38,578 nucleotides of DNA from Candidatus Aerophobota bacterium. Lineage in GTDB: Bacteria > Aerophobota > Aerophobia > Aerophobales > AE-B3A. Positions within the stretch are counted from its first letter, which is position 1. Every line of letters starts with the position of its first letter. Below, piece by piece: positions 36,618 through 38,578 of the stretch. Below the pieces are notes generated by a model, which saw only the letters and a list, made by a program, of their open reading frames with translations, did no database searches and was not told the DNA's origin. A program made the translations under genes and the position numbers. Location of the stretch: positions 1 to 38,578 of the forward strand of contig JAUVZN010000001.1 in assembly GCA_030602545.1 (NCBI GenBank). The letters are read 5' to 3'.

Positions 36618-37254
36618 ATTGACTTGGACCTTGAAGGGCAGGGTGGGAACAGGATTAGGTGTATTCGGGGGAGTAATACTGGTCTTTTATTTTGTATTTT
36701 ACAGTCCTCAAATTAAGATGGTAAGAGTGATGAGAGATGATATAGAAAAGGAAAACTTGAGAATCTTGAAAATTAAGGTAAGAATAGAGGAATATAGGGA
36801 GATGGAAAAGAAATACAAGGAGCTAGAAGCTGAGCTTGAAAGGCTAAATTCATTCTTCAGTCCTGAAGGAAGGATTCATTCTCTGCTTCAGGAGTTAAGT
36901 TTGAGAGGCCAGGCCTACGGAATTGATTACACAAAGATAACTCCGGAGGAAACTGTTATGGGCAAATATTACAACCGTGTTCCTGTGAGAATCTCTTTAA
37001 ATTCTACTTACCATGCTCTGGGCACTCTCCTTTCCGATATTGCCAAAAGGCGGCAGAAGACTTTTCTTACCCTGGATAGCTTTGAGATAAAAGGACTGGA
37101 AACTGGGGAAAGTACTTCGAGAGAAGCTAGGAGTCAAACCATAGAGGCAAATCTCCTTCTTTCCCTCTATCTCTCTCCCGAGACTCCCCTAAAACCTTCC
37201 TCTCCAGGAGAGGAGGAGATAGGGAATAGGACAGTTCCAAGGAGGAGAAGGTGA
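36610..37254 (+). CDS. pilO: Type IV pilus assembly protein PilO
   Basis: GTG start. TM helix, long coiled coil, then a ferredoxin-like C-terminal region (VPVRISLNSTYHALGTLLSDI). Position after pilN. Confidence 0.72.
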   Translation: MDRLTWTLKGRVGTGLGVFGGVILVFYFVFYSPQIKMVRVMRDDIEKENLRILKIKVRIEEYREMEKKYKELEAELERLNSFFSPEGRIHSLLQELSLRGQAYGIDYTKITPEETVMGKYYNRVPVRISLNSTYHALGTLLSDIAKRRQKTFLTLDSFEIKGLETGESTSREARSQTIEANLLLSLYLSPETPLKPSSPGEEEIGNRTVPRRRR

Positions 37255-37685
37255 AAAACTCCAGGCTATTTTTGGTCGCCGTTTATGGAATGGCTTTTTT
37301 TCTCACTTTTGGGCTGAGTAAGGGTTTTCCCTCCTTGTTTGCACCGGTGTTTCTCTATGAGAGTGAAGGAAGGAGAGATCCCTTTGTTCCCTTGATAGAG
37401 AAAAAACCGTCCCCTGAGGAAGACCTGGCGACCCAAATCCCTCAAGGACCTCTTGAGGTAGAAGCTAAGCCAAAGGAAGTGGCACTAGAATCAGAATACA
37501 GCCTTGCGGGTTTGGTCTGGGACAGAGAACAAGCTTTTGCTCTGATCCAGGGCCAGCGGGGCACCTGGATTGTCAAAGAAGGGGATCTGATAGATGAGTT
37601 TTTAGTCTTAGAGATAAAAGGAAAGGAAGGTGAGGTTACTCTGGAGGGGGTGGAGAAAATAGTCAAGTTAAGGATAAGACAGTGA
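37251..37685 (+). CDS. pilP: PilP-like pilus assembly protein
   Basis: GTG start. Signal/anchor-like N-terminus, RDPF motif, and a C-terminal beta-domain (ALIQGQRGTWIVKEGDLI). Position immediately upstream of the secretin. Confidence 0.6.
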   Translation: MKNSRLFLVAVYGMAFFLTFGLSKGFPSLFAPVFLYESEGRRDPFVPLIEKKPSPEEDLATQIPQGPLEVEAKPKEVALESEYSLAGLVWDREQAFALIQGQRGTWIVKEGDLIDEFLVLEIKGKEGEVTLEGVEKIVKLRIRQ

Positions 37686-38578
37686 TAAAAGCACTGCTAT
37701 ATCTATTGGTAGGAGCATTGTGGCTGGGGCTGGGGCTCACTCTATGCTCTGCCGAAGAAGGTGCTCTGGATTCAATAAACGTATCTGTGGATTTTACGAA
37801 TACAGATCTAAGATATGTTTTACAGATTATTTCTGTACGGACAGGACTGAGCATTATTCCAGACAATGATGTTACGGGAAAGGTGACCGCTCGCTTTATA
37901 GATAAGCCTGTACTGGAAGTGCTCAAGAGAATTCTGGAGGTTAATGATTGTGAGTACACACTGGTGGACGACATTATCAGAGTAATCAGGATTCCGGTAA
38001 TTAGCAGGATCTTTCCCCTAAAGTTTGCCCTGGCCTCTGACATAGCCAGCTCCCTCGAATCCCTCCTTCTTCTTTCCCCTAAAGGAACCCTCAAGGTAGA
38101 TGAGGAGGTTAACAGCCTCCTGGTGAGTGATAAAAGACTCCACCTGGAAGAGATAGCCAGCTTCATCCAGGAGTTGGACAGCCCGGAAAAGCAGCTTCGT
38201 AGCCAGAGTTTCAGTCCCCAATTTCTGAGAGCGGAAAAGTTAGCCTCTCTTATCAAGGATTATCTAAGTGATAATGGGGAAGTTGTTACATATCCCTCCA
38301 CCAATTCTCTTCTCATAACCGATACCAGTTATCATATGACAAAAATTAGCTCTCTTATCCAGGGTCTGGACAGGTTCCAACCTGAGAAGAAGGTATTTCC
38401 CTTGAAGTTTGCTCTGGCCTCTGATATGGAAAAGATCATAAAGGGCTACCTTTCCCCTGAAGGAACCTTTGAGATGAATGAAGAGAGAAATGAGCTCGCT
38501 GTTACAGATACCCCCTATTATCTTGAGAAAGCAGGGAATCTTTTGGCAGATCTGGACAGTCCAGAAAAACAGATGAGA
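37682..38578 (+). CDS. pilQ: Type IV pilus secretin PilQ, N-terminal part (open at the window end)
   Basis: Absent from the ORF track because there is no in-window stop. Manual translation from GTG 37682 is open for 299 codons: signal-like VIKALLYLLVGALWLGLGLTLCSA, an STN-like domain (VSVDFTNTDLRYVLQIIS...), then three secretin-N-type repeats. FPLKFALASD recurs at 38012 and 38396. Confidence 0.8.
   Translation, partial: MIKALLYLLVGALWLGLGLTLCSAEEGALDSINVSVDFTNTDLRYVLQIISVRTGLSIIPDNDVTGKVTARFIDKPVLEVLKRILEVNDCEYTLVDDIIRVIRIPVISRIFPLKFALASDIASSLESLLLLSPKGTLKVDEEVNSLLVSDKRLHLEEIASFIQELDSPEKQLRSQSFSPQFLRAEKLASLIKDYLSDNGEVVTYPSTNSLLITDTSYHMTKISSLIQGLDRFQPEKKVFPLKFALASDMEKIIKGYLSPEGTFEMNEERNELAVTDTPYYLEKAGNLLADLDSPEKQMR

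Noticed and set aside
37663-38256. 197-aa ORF on the minus strand
   Set aside because: It lies entirely antisense to the open pilQ reading frame, which has a signal peptide and recognisable STN/secretin-N repeats. The minus-strand product is Ser/Leu-rich with no motifs, so it is a shadow ORF.
1-38578. CRISPR arrays, transposases or integrases, prophage genes, toxin-antitoxin pairs or defence systems
   Set aside because: None seen. There are no regularly spaced direct repeats, and every ORF of meaningful length is assignable to a housekeeping family or the pilus-assembly cluster. I cannot support a hidden multi-gene system in this window.

Overview
This 38.6-kb window has every gene on the + strand. 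It is a fused translation/transcription super-cluster from a bacterium I cannot identify. Gene order: tRNA-Thr, tuf, rpmG, tRNA-Trp, secE-nusG-rplKAJL-rpoBC, rpsL-rpsG-fusA, then the S10, spc and alpha ribosomal-protein clusters (rpsJ to rplQ, including secY-adk-map-infA-rpmJ). These are followed by truA, mcsA-mcsB, tilS, hisB, dtd and a type IV pilus assembly cluster, pilMNOP plus a pilQ secretin that runs off the 3' end. Most junctions are 0-15 nt or overlapping. I found no integrase, transposase, CRISPR array, toxin-antitoxin pair or recognisable defence gene, so I read this as core housekeeping DNA, not an accessory island, and I cannot support a new multi-gene system here. Points worth a second look: (1) a short repeat family in the secE leader recurs inverted on both sides of rplV (33/36 and 21/23 identities), with its core also in the rpoB-rpoC spacer, and rplV is bracketed by unusually long spacers; (2) L7/L12 carries a 72-residue Lys/Glu/Pro-rich N-terminal extension behind a strong SD; (3) EF-Tu has a five-cysteine cluster; (4) RpoC has a ~37-residue insertion just upstream of the bridge helix; (5) adk has no canonical start codon upstream of its P-loop, and CTG is the likely start; (6) rpmD (L30) is absent from its usual slot; (7) mcsA-mcsB occur without ctsR or clpC, next to a secretin-encoding pilus cluster; (8) GGGGAA/TTCCCC-type hairpins recur in spacers. 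All calls come from reading the sequence and the ORF track by eye. No database search, RNA folding program or statistics software was run.
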